DNA of 64,000 nt, taken from positions 1-64,000 of the forward strand of contig JAQGDQ010000823.1 in NCBI GenBank assembly GCA_030141605.1, given 5' to 3'. This stretch comes from Tubiluchus corallicola (lineage: Eukaryota > Animalia > Priapulida). Numbering within the stretch: position 1 is the first letter of the stretch; each line of letters starts with the position of its first letter. Both the position numbers and the translations under genes were made by a program. The notes beneath the pieces are model-generated. The model worked only from the letters and a program-made list of their open reading frames with translations, did no database searches and was not told the origin of the DNA. Shown here piece after piece: positions 43,901 to 58,900 of this stretch.

Positions 43901-46900
43901 AGCCACATTACCGAAACTAACAAATCACATTTATAAGAGTAAACAGCTCCGTGTCTAATTACAATGCAGGTAGCGGTTGACTTACGACCACAATACTTCT
44001 GGTGGATTGGTTGTAAGAATTCCAAGCAAGATGAACCCATGTAATAAAGCGGTGCGCCCCTACACGCAAGATGTTGTGCATATGAGCATCAACCCTTTCA
44101 CTACGGAAGGCGGCACACTGCCGCCTGAGCTCAATACTAAACACAGTCACCCAGGTCTGTTTATTTCACTCCTACGGCCATGCAAAAACATTCTAGAAAA
44201 GTTTAACAGCCATGGGAATGTGGTTGCTTTGCAACAAGTAATGCTAACCAGCCAATCAGCATCTGAAGCCAGGTGCATTTCACAATACTATACTGTATGG
44301 CATGATCCCACAAAAAGTCACTTGTAAATAGTTGGTGAAACGTATGTTTAGTTGATTGCTCTGCATTCTTATAAAATTACTGCATATTATGGATTAATAA
44401 TATGACTTTTGTGTAAACTGGCTTCAAAATATAAGTATGTGCTAATTTGAGCGGGTGTACACGTGTGTGCATGCATGAGTGCATATACATATATATAAAT
44501 ATATATGTGTGTGTGTGTGTTTGTGTGTGCAGGGATGTGTATGCATGTGCAGAAATATTCAATGTTAGTGTTTAATAACAAACGGCTATTTGTTTATTTA
44601 CAAGATTCTGTTTTAGTAACACACCACAAGAAGTTATTGTGAAATGTGCAATGCCAACGTAGCTCAGTTAAAAAGCAACTACATAGTGAAAGGGTTAAGT
44701 ATGGCAGCGCCTATGATAAATTTATCGAAGTAGATAGCAATTTAAAGTTAATTTGTCTAAACAAATATAGAAAAATATGAGTTATAGTCAGTTTTGTATG
44801 TTTAATTAAGTTGCGATCAGGTCGTAAATCGAACAGTCGCAAGTCGCATATGTCGTAAGTCGACTACTACCTGTACACTTTTCTAAATAGGCATCCCTGC
44901 TAGACTCTTAATCAAATTGCTAACCTAATACTTGTTCAAAAACAAGAATTTAGCACAAACCAACATTACTGCTCGACAGACTATTAACAAATATCAACAA
45001 CCCAACACATTAGCCAAAAAATGATACACTCACGTCCCAGTTTGCTGGACAAAAGCCGAGAGATGATGGTCCAAATTTGCCGATTGTCCGTATTTACCAA
45101 TACTAAGCTAATACAGTATGCTCCGCGTATTAGGCTCATGGTAATGTAGAATCATTCACCTAACTGTCTCAAAAACGTCTAGTATGGGCCGCTCTTATGC
45201 AATGTCACAAATAACTCCTCATAATTGACTCTTTGTTTTTATACATAGAGATATACAAGTGGTTACACTAACGTAATGACGTAAACAAATTGACGCCCGG
45301 ACAACTAGCGGTCAGCTCGCCAAACAACGGACCGTACGGGACTTTCTTAGCGCACCAGATATCCATAAAAGCGTGGTCCGGCAAACTGAGATATGAGAGT
45401 ACTTCTAACAAATGATAAATTTGTTACTAAAAGGAACAGAAAAGCTATCGTACTAACAAAAGTTTCTGTTTCTTCTACGCCAACATTTACACAACATTCT
45501 AACAACTAAAATCAATTTCTACAACAGAACACAATGATATATTGCTAAATAAATGACAGAAAATGTAAAATAAAACAATGCCCTACCCAGTGGCGACCCC
45601 TGCGGGGACTTTTTGTCACGTTTAATACTGTTCTGGTTTTTCTGGTAATCAAATTTTCCTTGTATCCAAGAAGCATCGCCAACTAGAAAATTAAAGGGGG
45701 GAAAGTGAAAATGACAAAATTTCCAGTTTGCAATGAAATGGGTGGAAATTTAAAATGAAACGAAAAACATTATTAGAGAAATATATGAAATCGTGTATAA
45801 AATATTTTCAATTACTGCTTGAGATCTTAATGATCTATTCTGATATTGCTTTTTACTGACTTTTACAGTGACGGCAAATACATGATAACTTCGAGAGAGT
45901 TTACAGCTCTGGTTAGCAGGCAAAAGGAATGCGTTCAAAGTAATCTTGTGGAAAAGTAAATCTCGCGAACTCATCCAAAGTTGCAAAGTTCAGATAAGAT
46001 TACTCTCTGAGCTGGCAGATGCTCTTTTTAGCAATGCCAGCGTTAAGTAAATAAGAAAATAAACTGTTAGTAAGCAGCGTAAAGCGTTAATAGACAAAAC
46101 TGCCAACTCTGACATAACTGACGTAACATCAGACAAGCTGACAGATGCCAGACAAGCACACGAATCAAGAAGCACGTGTTCTATCATGTCTGGGAAATTG
46201 AAATTTCTAACAGCATCAGTTTCTTGTCTAAAATTTGTAGGACCGGAAAGAACTTTCATGTCGGTTGCTGGTTAGTAGCGCTCAGATGGGAAGCATAAGA
46301 AAAAACCCTGGATAATTGATGTTAGCAGAGGTCCCATAATGCACTGCAAAACTAACACAAGAGCAGGCAAACATCAGCAAATGTTACAGTAGCCAAGCAT
46401 AAACAACTACAAAAACTTGCAACAGCATCTACTAATTAATCATCTCCATAAAAAAATGAAGCTCAGTCAGCCATATTAAAGAAAATTTACAGCTTTGCAT
46501 ATGCACAATATGGCTGCCAAACTTCGGCGGGGCCAAAGCGAAATGCAAAGTGTAAATGCACAAGGGAAAAATGCAAAATGGTCATAAGATAGATCAGATG
46601 ATTCATTTTTGTTGTTGATTATTTTTATCGCCACTGTACCCACTAAATAAACACAGCCAATTTTGCCAATTTTAAAACCAAAAACACTATACAAGCTTAC
46701 CAAGCTTAGGCACTGGTCCAAAGATATACAAAAAAGACCAAATGAGCCCAATTTTGAGAACCAAATCGCGGAAAACCGAAAACTGATGAAACCAAACAAA
46801 GGCAATTCTCTTTTTCATATTCACTTTTATATCAAACTGAATCAACTCTTGTAGTACGTTGTAAAATCAACAACTGTTCTTTCCGTTTGTAGAAATGCGA

Positions 46901-49900
46901 ATCCACACCCACGTACAGTGCTCGGCGACATAACGACCGTTTTGCATTCTTTCCAATAGATATCTTATCACATTTAAATGCACTTTCACAGCTAGCAACA
47001 TAATAACAACACAGAGCTAGCAAAGGAACATACCTAAATCTATCTCATGTATCGAGGGTCGTAAGCTGAACGGTGTATTCTTATACAAAGCATCCAGTAT
47101 TTTCATCTTGGCCTGCGATACGGTGTCAATATCCAGCACTCTCACTTGTAAGTACTCATTGCAATCACCTTGGACCAAATTCAGTGTCTAAAACATCAGA
47201 TAAAATGAATATTATGTCAATTCAGCCAAACTTTTTTCTACACAGACCTCACAAATGGACCGGTGCAAAGATAAATTGTAAAATAATTATGACAATTATG
47301 ATGCTTATTTGAGCACCAAAAACTACTAAAAATTAGTAAGGGTGATGGAAAACTACTACTAGAAATAAGTAAGGGTGATGGACAAATACTACTAATAATT
47401 AGTAAGGGTGATGGAAATATACTACTAAAAATTAGTAAAGGTGATGGACAAATACTACTAGAAATTAGTAAGGGTGATGGACAAATACTACTAAAAATTA
47501 GTAAGGGTGATGGACAAATACTACTAAAAATTAGTAAAGGTGATGGACAAATACTACTAGAAATTAGTAAGGGTGATGGACAAATACTACTAGAAATTAG
47601 TAAGTGTGATGGAAATATACTACTAAAAATTAGTAAGGGTGCTGGACAAATACTACTAGAAATTAGTAAGGGTGATGGACAAATACTACTAGAAATTAGT
47701 AAGGGTGATGGACAAATACTACTAAAAATTAGTAAGGGTGATGGACAAATACTACTAAAAATTAGTAAGGGTGATGGACAAATACTACTAGAAATTAATA
47801 AGGGTGATGGACAAATACTACTAGAAATTAGTAAGGGTGATGGAAATATACTACTAAAAATTAGTAAGGGTGATGGACAAATACTACTAAAAATTAGTAA
47901 GGGTGATGGACAAATACTACTAGAAATTAGTAAGGGTGATGGACAAATACTACTAAAAATTAGTAAGGGTGATGGACAAATACTACTAGAAATTAGTAAG
48001 GGTGATGGACAAATACTACTAGAAATTAGTAAGGGTGATGGACAAATACTACTAAAAATTAGTAAGGGTGATGGACAAATACTACTAGAAATTAGTAAGG
48101 GTGATGGACAAATACTACTAAAAATTAGTAAGGGTGATGGACAAATACTACAAAAAATTAGTAAGGGTGATGGACAAAAACTACTAAAAATTAGTAAGGG
48201 TGATGGACAAATACTACTAAAAATTAGTAAGGGTGATGGACAAATACTACTAGAAATTAGTAAGGGTGATGGACAATACTACTAAAAATTAGTAAGGGTG
48301 ATGGACAAATACTACTAAAAATTAGTAAGGGTGATGGACAAATACTACTAGAAATTAGTAAGGGTGATGGACAAATACTACTAAAAATTAGTAAGGGTGA
48401 TGGACAAATACTACTAGAAATTAGTAAGGGTGATGGACAAATACTACTAAAAATTAGTAAGGGTGATGGACAAAAACTACTAGAAATTGACATAAAAAGC
48501 TAATGCATACTGGTAACTTCCATGTCACGAACACTGGAAATTCATTTTTTCATTAATCGAACTTTAAATGAACACTTGCATGAAACGGTGTTAAGCATTT
48601 ATTTTAATGTGTCGGTTGTCTATGTACAACTGTACTTTTAGCGGAGCTGACAAAATCATACGGCCATAAGTACAGTAAGTCCTCACTTAATGAAGCTAAG
48701 CACGGAGTCGTTAAACGAGGACTTACTGTACAACAAAATAAGAAAAGTTTATACAACTCGAGTGTTAAAATATTACGAAATTAAAGAAGCTAGCTTTAAT
48801 TCTTGTTCACTTTTCAACACCTCTGCTCAAATGATAATGATCTAACTATGCGCTATAGCATAATTCATGGTGACATATCAACCTCAAGTGAATCTTTTTA
48901 TAACTTTGCACAGCTTACAAATATTATAAGGGGCCACCATTTGAAATTACAAGTGAAAAAAGCTCACTTAATTGCTTTAAATATGTCTTCAGCAACAGAG
49001 TTGTAAATTTATGAAATAAACTACCACCATATGTTAATGATGCTCCAATTGTAAATACTGGTAACAGAAAATTATTCAAAAAACGTCTAAGTCATGTTGA
49101 ATTTAACAAATATTTACTTTTTAACAGACACTTGTGGCGTGAAAAATTTGACACGCTGTACCCCTGTTTCAGGAATTCACTTACATATAAGCGAAGGCAG
49201 TTTTTTTTCTAGTCCCCCCTTTTTAGTTCTGTTCGGTTCAGTACTTCGTTGCTTCCACTAATATGGTTGTGGTTTTTTTCTCAACTAACTAAGATTTACG
49301 TTTCTTTAACTTTAATTTTATCGATTTCGAGTTTATTCTGCACCAACTTGTTAAGTAACTATTTTAGTTCTCTGTGTTTTTTACAGTAATCTTTTACTTA
49401 TATTATTATAATCACTTTGTTTTAATTAGCACTGCTTTATTATTTTATTTCACTTTTCAACGGCCTTGCCACTCATGTATTGCACTTTGAAGATTACGAA
49501 ATAAATAAATAATTAAACAAATAAATAACTAAATAAAAATATAAGCAAATAACTAAATAAACAAATAAACAAATAGATAAATAAATTAATTAATCTTGCT
49601 AAATAGTCAGTAAGACAATAGATGCTAACAAAGCCAAGCGACCTGCACTTACCAACACGCTGTGGTCCACCTTCTCCAGCAAAAGTCGGTCTTCGCTCAG
49701 CGAGTACCGAGCGTCGTTAGTGATGTAGTCAATAGGACCCTTCTCAACCTGATGTTTGATGGCCTTGTACAGCATGAACAGAGGTCGACCTGCGTACTCC
49801 TGAAATAGAAAAGTATGTCGTGAAATAGTTACTCGAAAAATTGATGTCAGAATGTCAGACAAGCTAATGGCCAGGCTAGAAAAAATAGTCTAAGAGCAAT

Positions 49901-52900
49901 GAAAAGTATAGGACATTTATTGAAAAAAGTTGTACGACAAAAGTTGAACATTGTCACCTATGAAGTCAATTGTTAAAATTTACATATGTGTGCTTGTATA
50001 GGAAAATCATCTATAAGTCGGCAATTAAGTTTTTCTAGTTATTCACATATCCTGAATCTCCATTTCATGAGAAACATTTTGATACAAAGCTCATCACTCT
50101 ATGTTATTTCTAAGCTCAGATAATTTGTGTTGAAGTTGAGGTGCAGGCTGCACACTGAAAAACATAATCTCGAGGCTATTAAAGTTAGCCTTTGTTTTTT
50201 GCTGCGTTTCTACAAAACACTTAGCAGCTGCACAAATGTTGGTTGTTACGGACTTTGCAAGAGCACATTTTAGTTATATTTAAATCCAGTAGATGGCTCT
50301 TTCCGACAAAGGTCTGGGCTTAGTAACAGAAAAACCCCCAAGCAAAATGATTGCTTCTACAAGCTGTTATCAGAGTTTGAAAATATGAGTTTTTTACAAT
50401 TGCATTACTAGTTTCTTGTCAGAGAAGTGGATATAGGGTTATAAAATTTAATTTTTAGCATTTTCTTAATAATTTGATGCAAATAAAAATCCAATTTATT
50501 TAGCATTTGTTTTTACAAAAAACAAAAAACTGATATTTGACCAAATTTTTGGTGCATTCTAGTTTGAAGCATCATAACGTAGTTTTAATTATGTCGACTT
50601 AAGGATGGCTTTGGTTTGCAAGCACACGTATGATCCTGACTATCACATAACTGCCAAGTTTATGCTGTGATATTATTCAAGTGACTTTACCTTTCCTAAA
50701 AACTGCAAGTCGTCAATACGCATACGAACAAAATATATATTGTGAAAAAATAGTTTAGTAAAAAAAACTGTGCTCCACCAGGATTTTAACACAAATCTTT
50801 GCACCCAGTAGTTTCATCAGTGTTTGGGAAACTTACTCTCATGTAATTGTACATGCACAGGGCCATCCAATTTGTCAGCATCTTCTCAACTACCGACTCT
50901 GTGCGTCTCAGCATCAGTTGCGGATGCTTCTTGTCCACAGATTTGCTAATCAGTGACTGTAACAATGCCTTCATAATTCTGCAGAACAAAAGAATCAGTA
51001 ACTGTAACAACATTTCTTACTCAAGATTTGGTAAATGTCGAACTCACACACAGTGTTCTATTGCCAAAAACAGCAAAAAAAACATTCTTGTTTTGACAAA
51101 TTTCTATGGTTTATTAAAGGAAAGCTAGACACAATCTTAACCCTTTCACTATGGAAGGCGACACACTGTCACCTATGTTTTTCATGCAAGGTACTGAAGG
51201 TGGCAAACTGTCGCCCGAGCTCAGCACTAAGCGCAGTTACCCAGGTCTGTTTATTTCACTGTCTATGCAGAAACATTGTAGGAAAGTTTAACAGACGTGG
51301 GATTGTGGCTGCCTCGCAACAAGTACCACTAACCAGCCAGTCAGCGTCTGAAGCCAGGTGCATTTTGAAGTCACGTGCAGTCCACAATACTGTACTGTAC
51401 TGATGAAATGTATGTTTAGTTGATTGTTCTGCATTCTTATAAAATGATTGCATATTATGGACTAGTAATATGACCTTTGTGTAAACTGGCTTCTAAATAT
51501 AAGTTTGTAGTTATTTGTGTGGACGTGCGCGTGCGTGCATGCATGAGTGCATATACCAGATTCTGTTTCAGTAACACACCACAAGAAGTTATTGTCAAAT
51601 GTGCAAAGGCCAACGCAACCCTGTTAAAAAGCAACTACGTACTGAAAGGGTTGAACTATAACTCAAAACAGTGGAATGTTTCGTGCTGTTGAAGATTACG
51701 TTCAGTTGTGACGTCGTTAACCCTTTAACCATTGTTACTAAACTATTATTTAATTAAGAGAAAAGATTTACTATATTATAAGTGTTCAAATGTATCATTT
51801 TTACCGCACTTGAAAAAGGAATAGGATACGAAAAATCATCCTGTTTTCCTTTAACATAAATCTACAAATGGCAGTTCATTATTGAACGAACTCTAATATA
51901 ACGTGACTTTGACTTTAAAATGCCTCTGCTGGTTAAATGGCTCTAAACAATAGACTTCTGTCATGCTATCAACATCTCTTTGAATGGGTCCTGCATTTGA
52001 TTTCAGTTGGCAGTGTGCCAAAGATTATAAAATTTGTACACTAAGAAAAACTTGAACTTACTCTGTTGCGTAATCCAGCTTGTTACTTAGAGCGATCATA
52101 AGCAGAGATGCGACATTCACCCTGGAAAAAACACAATAGTTAATGCTTTCTGTTCTGCCAAGGCGTTGAAACTATCTGACCTCACACATTTAACCATTAC
52201 CTTAAACCGGACTTCAAAGTAAAATCAAGATGTGAAATCTTTCAAAACAGTTAAACTGAAACTCACTTGTCGCGGATCGTGAATGTTTTCTGTTCTTCCA
52301 AGGCATTGATCAACACCAGCAGAAAACTCCTGTAGTTTAGAAGCTGTTCAAACTGTAACATGGCTGTGTCAAAATTCGATCGACGGCTCTCCCTCTGCTT
52401 CAAAAAAGAGAATGCATATTACCAAGGAGAAGCAACCAATCAACTACATTACATGAGAATTATGTCAATGAGCCAACTTACACTCATGCCTTATGTACAT
52501 TTATAACAAATGTAAATACAAAACTTGAGAATGTGTTAAAAGCTATATGCCGACTCGTGTACAGGTACTGTGGAACTGCAGCACTCCATATTTTCACTCT
52601 ACGTTATCGATAATATTCAATATAATAAGTCTTTTTTGTTTAGTTCCTTCTTTATACTTGTACAGAACCAGAGTACGTGAGGGTAGTACTGTTTGCTTCA
52701 CAGCCCAGCACTGTGCGCTCCAGCAAAGTGGTGTTTGGCTGTTGTGCACATGTGGACACGTGTACATGAGTTTGAGCCTAGGGTAGAGAAAGTACTGTTG
52801 CTCACACAGTTTGTTGTCAGTTGTCGCGTGCTTACCATGAATAGATCAAGCTTGAACTGCGACAATTTAGGCTATTAGTAAGTAAAAATATTTTTTATTT

Positions 52901-55900
52901 AGGGTTTTATCAAGTTTATGTATGAAATTTCGTACGTTTGTTTTTTAAAAGTACAATTACAAATTACAATGTTAACATTACACAATTATGTTTGTTTCAT
53001 TTTGCAGTATTAAAACAATGGCTAAAAATTTTCTGAAGCAGCACCCCTACTAATTTTAGCTACGAGTCACCACTGGTGTCGATATCCTCCAATGCTGTAG
53101 TAACTACAAAAACTAAGCACCCCATCTCATGTGTTCTCTGTAGGTTACTATACATAAGAGAGTTTCTATCAAAGACAAGCAACATTCTTCTATACAACAA
53201 AGACACACAAAATGTGGTTTTTTGTGACCACAGAAATGCACTCACCATGGGGCGTCGCAGAATCGGATGATCGTGAATTCCGGGAAAGAATACTTTCATT
53301 ACATAAGTCCGGTGATCCAGAAACGGAATTCCGGTGGAAACCAGATCCTTTGTCAGATCTGTCATGTCCGTCTGCAGCTCGGCAAAGGCTGAAATACAAC
53401 CAGATTTCAGTCAAATAGTACGGACCAAACAAAATAGGGTTACGTGATTACACTAAAAGCAATTCTGCCATGCAAAAACAAAGAGCCGTTCGTAGCTACA
53501 GTTTAATCAAATTTGACGTTTTGATGCATTTTTGGCAAACAGATGGCGCTCTTTCTCACTGTTACAATGAAATTTCATTTCAAAGGAAGCCAGGATGATT
53601 TCCGCATACTAACTCATTTTGAAATCTGGCAAAAATATAATTAATGGCAGGCAGGCCCAATTATTGATGACATCACAAACTAACATAATATTCAACAGAA
53701 AAAATATTCCACAAGCGTGTTGCACGTGTTTGCGAAAGCGAAAATTGAAGTACAGTGCTACTGTAAGATATTCAGTGTACTGTACTAAAACTAGGCGAGT
53801 TTCAAGATAAAAATTCAAATTTCAAATTTACCGCTGTGCTCACACTGTTTGTCACAAACTAACACATCTGATCTGAGAGGTACAGAACCTGTTTTTTGTA
53901 CAATGCATTTCTAAAATGCAGGCGCTAGTGCCTGTCTAACTAACGAATGGCGAAATGCATGTAACAGCGAAGAATTAGTGGCACGAACGTAAAATTATGT
54001 TTGTGCGGAAATCGGACTTATGAACGTTTTTTGCTACGCAAACATACATTTATAAAATAGACGATTAGATAAAAATAATTTAGTTGTTCTTTTATTCTAT
54101 AAGTAAATATTGCTTACAAAATTGCCCAAAAACAGAAACAAAAAAATGGCATAAAATCTGAATTAATATCTTTTAGTATTTACGGATACGATTCAGTAAA
54201 CAAAAAGAAAAGCAAGAGAATACAATCAGATATTCTGCTTTTTCAAATAAACTGCGTTCCTTCACGACAAATTCCTTTCCAGAACTTCTACAAAATCCCG
54301 ACAACCCACCTTGTTTGCACTCGGAGCGGACATTGCTCTCCAGCGTATCCATCTGGATCTGAATCCGCTTGTATTCCCTCTCCGCTTGACTACTCTTCCT
54401 CCGATACACGAATAAAATCACCAAAATAACCAGCACAAGAAATCCACCGCAAGCGGCTATGGCTCCGATTGCGTACTCCGGCAACTTGTACGGCTCCACA
54501 ACTTCGTACTGGAGAAATCCGATGGGAAAATCCAGATTGCCAACTCTCACCTATAACAGGATAATCACTAATCAGCCAGCTAGTAGAGTGCCAGTCAAGC
54601 CTTTATAAAACACTGAAGCTGCTAAAAAACCGAGAGGTCAGAAAACTTTCTATTTAGAAACAAAGTCATTTCACGAAAAATGTTTTCCTTCAGAAATTAT
54701 AATTTCTGGAAAACTCTTAAATGAAATAATAAAATTTTGTCCCACGTTAACAGTTCAAAACAAAATAAAAAAGAAATACAACTGAACCTAAGCAGTGGCA
54801 TGAAATCAATGGCATTTAAAAATAATTACTTTGAAACATTGTTATGTTTAGACATTGTGGGCAAATCTAACAAGCCCTGCTTTTTGATTGCCCGCAACAC
54901 ATTTACATTTGTATATATAGCAAACCTAAACTATGATATATCTAAACTAGTTATGTGCTCAATGTAAACTGTATACGAATTTACTAAGGAACATGCAACA
55001 GCGATAATTCTCTTGTAAATCAACCCCACAGTGTTATGAGAGTCAAGTTAGTATATTTGTAATGATGCTATACATAACGTTGTTTAGACACCAGTATTAT
55101 AGGAAGTAGCAATATCACTATCTTTGTTTACCATAGGTTTACCATTTGTTTACCATAGGTCTAAAGACAGTCTAATAGGCAACTGAGTGAAATAACTAAT
55201 AATTCAGCAAAATTGCATAACTGACCCAATATTTTTGCCTCAGGCATTTAAAATAAGACACTTGTGTATAATCAAAGCACTTTTAACATTTCTTGTTATA
55301 CAGCAAGAGATAATTTTGAAAAATGCAGTACAGCATAAAAAATCATGTGTGAAGACCTTATATTTAAAGTTTTGAAGCCTTCACAGTGTACACTAAGTTG
55401 ATGAGTACTGACTCATATGTCTACAGTAGTAATGCTACACTGTAGCAGACTCAGTCGGTTAATTGGGACAAAACATTCCAGCCCAAAGTGTGTCAACTAA
55501 GCACCACCTATTGTATATCGAAAAATGATTTCGCTTACCCTAACCATTGGCAAAATACGGTTAGTTTCACGTCCATATTCATCAACGCCGGGTGGTTGGT
55601 GCTGCGGTGCGGTGCAAACCAACTGTGTATGGGCAAGGGAAGTGACATTACATGGCGCATTGCCGACGGTCACGATCACGTCGCTCGTACCACTTGCAAG
55701 GTTGAGATTGTCACCCTAAGTTTAGAAAAATGAATGTAAACAAACAATTCAGGCAAGTTTTTGCTGCGAAGTTCTGCTCTGCTTTGAAAGAAATTAATTA
55801 AACAAAACCAGACTTTTTTGTCTTGTTTTTTTTTTGAGAAATCTATTAGATACTGACAAACGTGTAGAACTGGTACTGTCTTTTTTATGCATGTGCTTGC

Positions 55901-58900
55901 ACGGCAAAATCGTCCATAAGTCGGCAATAATACATTTCAAGTTATTCACATATCCTGAATCTCCATTTCATGAGGATCAGTTTGATACCAAGTTCATCGC
56001 TCTATGTTATTTCTGATCTGAGATAATCCACGTTGAAGTTGAGGTGCAGGCTATACTTTGAAAACATAAAATCACTATTAATGTTAGCCAGTGTTTTTTG
56101 TCGTGTTTCTACAAAACATTTACTGACCGCACAAATGTTGGTTGCTATGGACTTTGCAAGAACATATTAAACTTATGTTTAACTCCAGTAAATGGTTCTT
56201 CCTGATGAAGAACTGGGCTTGGCAACAGAAAAAAACAGAAGCAAAATGACAGTTTCCATGAGCTACTACCGAAGTTTTTTACAATTGCAGTACTAGTTTC
56301 TAATCAGAAAAGTGAGTACGGAGTTATAAATTTAAATTTTTAGCATCTTTTAGACACGTTCTTGATAATTTGATGCTAGAATATAAAACTCCAATATATT
56401 TAGCTTTTGTTTTTATAAAAGACAAAAAATCGACATTGCATCAAATTTTTAGTCAATTCTACTTTGAAGCATCATAACGTAGTTTTAATTAAGCCGACTT
56501 ATGGATGGTTTTAGTGTACAAGCACACATATGTAATTTCTACTAGAGCTTATCAATGTTTAATTAGACTTTAAAATGCACATGCCGTCGTCCACTAACGA
56601 CCACGATTGGTTCCGACGGATTAGTCGTAAGGCGTCACGGACGCAAGTCAGACCCAACTATGTTCAAGCGGTGAACCCCTATATGCAAGATGTTGTATGT
56701 GTATGCTTACTAAGCGGCATTGCCTACAGGTAATTTACAAGAGCAGATGGTCTATAAAATTAATTTTCAAAAAACTGAAATAATAGTTATGTTATGTAAA
56801 AACAATAATTGGTAAACCCTGCATATAAATGATTTATCACAAGATATGCGAACATTTACCTCAATTATAAGTGAATCGCCGCGGTACAATTTTGTATTGT
56901 CTGGCTCAGCAAACGGTTTGTACACCGGATTCGGAACGTACAAAAGATTTGTGTTCAAGTTCGGATTCGTGCGGCTGAGATTCTGCACGGAAGCTACGTC
57001 ATCCATGATAAAGCCCAGCTCGGCCGTTTCCATGACGATTAGCTCTCTGCGGATGCGTGATCCAACTGGCAGTGACGGTGATGGACAGTACATCAAGGTA
57101 ACATTGATAACAGTGCACGGCTGCAAAAAAACAGTTTTAGTATCTATACTAATAAACAGTAAACGTAAAAAGACCACTAGTTTACAATGTTTCCTTTCTG
57201 GTGTGTCAATAGATGTCAACACCTCACGCATAATACACTAGTATTTTAAAACCAGCAAGTAAGTAAAGTAAGTTTCATAAAAATATGGTCCCTCAACCCA
57301 ACCAAAACAAACAACAAAGTTCATACCATTTCTTCTGACTTTCGATTATTATAGATCGCAAAAATTTTCGGCATCTGGATAGAGGTCAAATACGTCCCCC
57401 GGACGGTCAAGCGACGTCCTCCGCTGTAGAAGCTTCGCAACGGAGATATGCTGGTAATGTTCGGATCCTCGGTGTAGGTGAACTGTCGCAGAAGGCGACG
57501 CTCGGCCGCATCGAAACTGATGGTAAAGCTGGATGTGAAGTACGGCATTCTTACATCAGATGGCGCTGCAGACGTTACACACGACATGTGATTGGTTGAC
57601 ATTCGTTCCCTGAAACAAGAAAATAGCGAGAAACATAATTTTTACTAAATTGTTTCGAATTCGGGAAATGAAATACCGTTCTTTTAAAGTATACCGTGTA
57701 AACTAATCCCTGTGATGCACTACTTAACAAAATTTAAAGAAAAGGAACAGCGTTACTTTTTCGCTGTTACATGCATCTTGCCATTCGCTAGTTAGACGGG
57801 CACTAGCGCCTGCATTTTGGAAATGCTTTGCACAAAAAACAGATGCCGTACCTATCAGTTTAGATGTGTTCATTTGAGACGAACTATACACATTGGACAG
57901 CTCATGTGTGACTACAGCGGTAAATTTGAAATTTGAATTTTTATCTTAAAAACTTGCCTAGTTTTAGACCAACACATTGAATATCTTACAGTAGCACTGT
58001 ACTTCAATGTTTTCGCAAACACGTGCAACACGCTCGTGGAATATTTTTGCTGTTGAAAATTATATTAGTTTGTGATGTGTAAACTGTTTATGTGTAATTG
58101 ATCCTTTCTGTATCTGTTAAGTATGTCATTAATTAAATGCCATTTTTGTTTAGGTATAGTTGCATTATTGCATTTACTAGTATAATACTTATTTTTGAGA
58201 TTCCTATTGTAGTTATCAAATTTATTTCGTGCCTTTTTGTAATTATTGTAATTGCTTTTATCTTTTAAATGTTAATGAGTTCTATATAAGACACAATAAA
58301 AATGAATTATATATATATATATGAATGATGACAAGGTTTAAATATAAAACTGAAACTACGAGATTGTTGAGGAAAAGTCAATAACCCTATGACAAGCTTG
58401 TAAATGCTTTGATATCAAAACACTTCTAAGCCTAAACATTCCACTTTAATCAGTTTTACGTAAGAACAAAGGTAAGTAATGAACTCACTTTTCTACATGG
58501 CAATGCAATTCATCCAGCATAGCAGTAACCTCACTACCAATGTGTAAGTTACGACCGGTGATGTTCAGCCGCGTACCGCCGGAACGTGGACCAATCAGGG
58601 GAGTGATTTGCACCAACTGAGGATCCTGCAAAGCCGCAATAAAGAGTCAGATAAATGCAAAAAGTTGGTTCTGATAAGAAACGCTAGCCTTAATGCTATC
58701 TAAAGCAATATCGGATACGATTACATATGTGTGCTAGCCACAAATGTTGGTTGCTACGGACTTTGCAAGAACTACTACCAGACTTTGAAAATACAAGTTT
58801 TTCACAATTGCAGTATAAAAAAAATAATAATTGATATTTGACCAAATTTTTGGGTTATTCTACTTTGAAGCATCATAACGTAGTTTTAACTATGCCGACT

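Noticed and set aside
47320-48490. CRISPR-like appearance of the 33-, 37- and 76-bp arrays
   Set aside because: Units are contiguous with no unique spacers, no cas genes, eukaryotic context.
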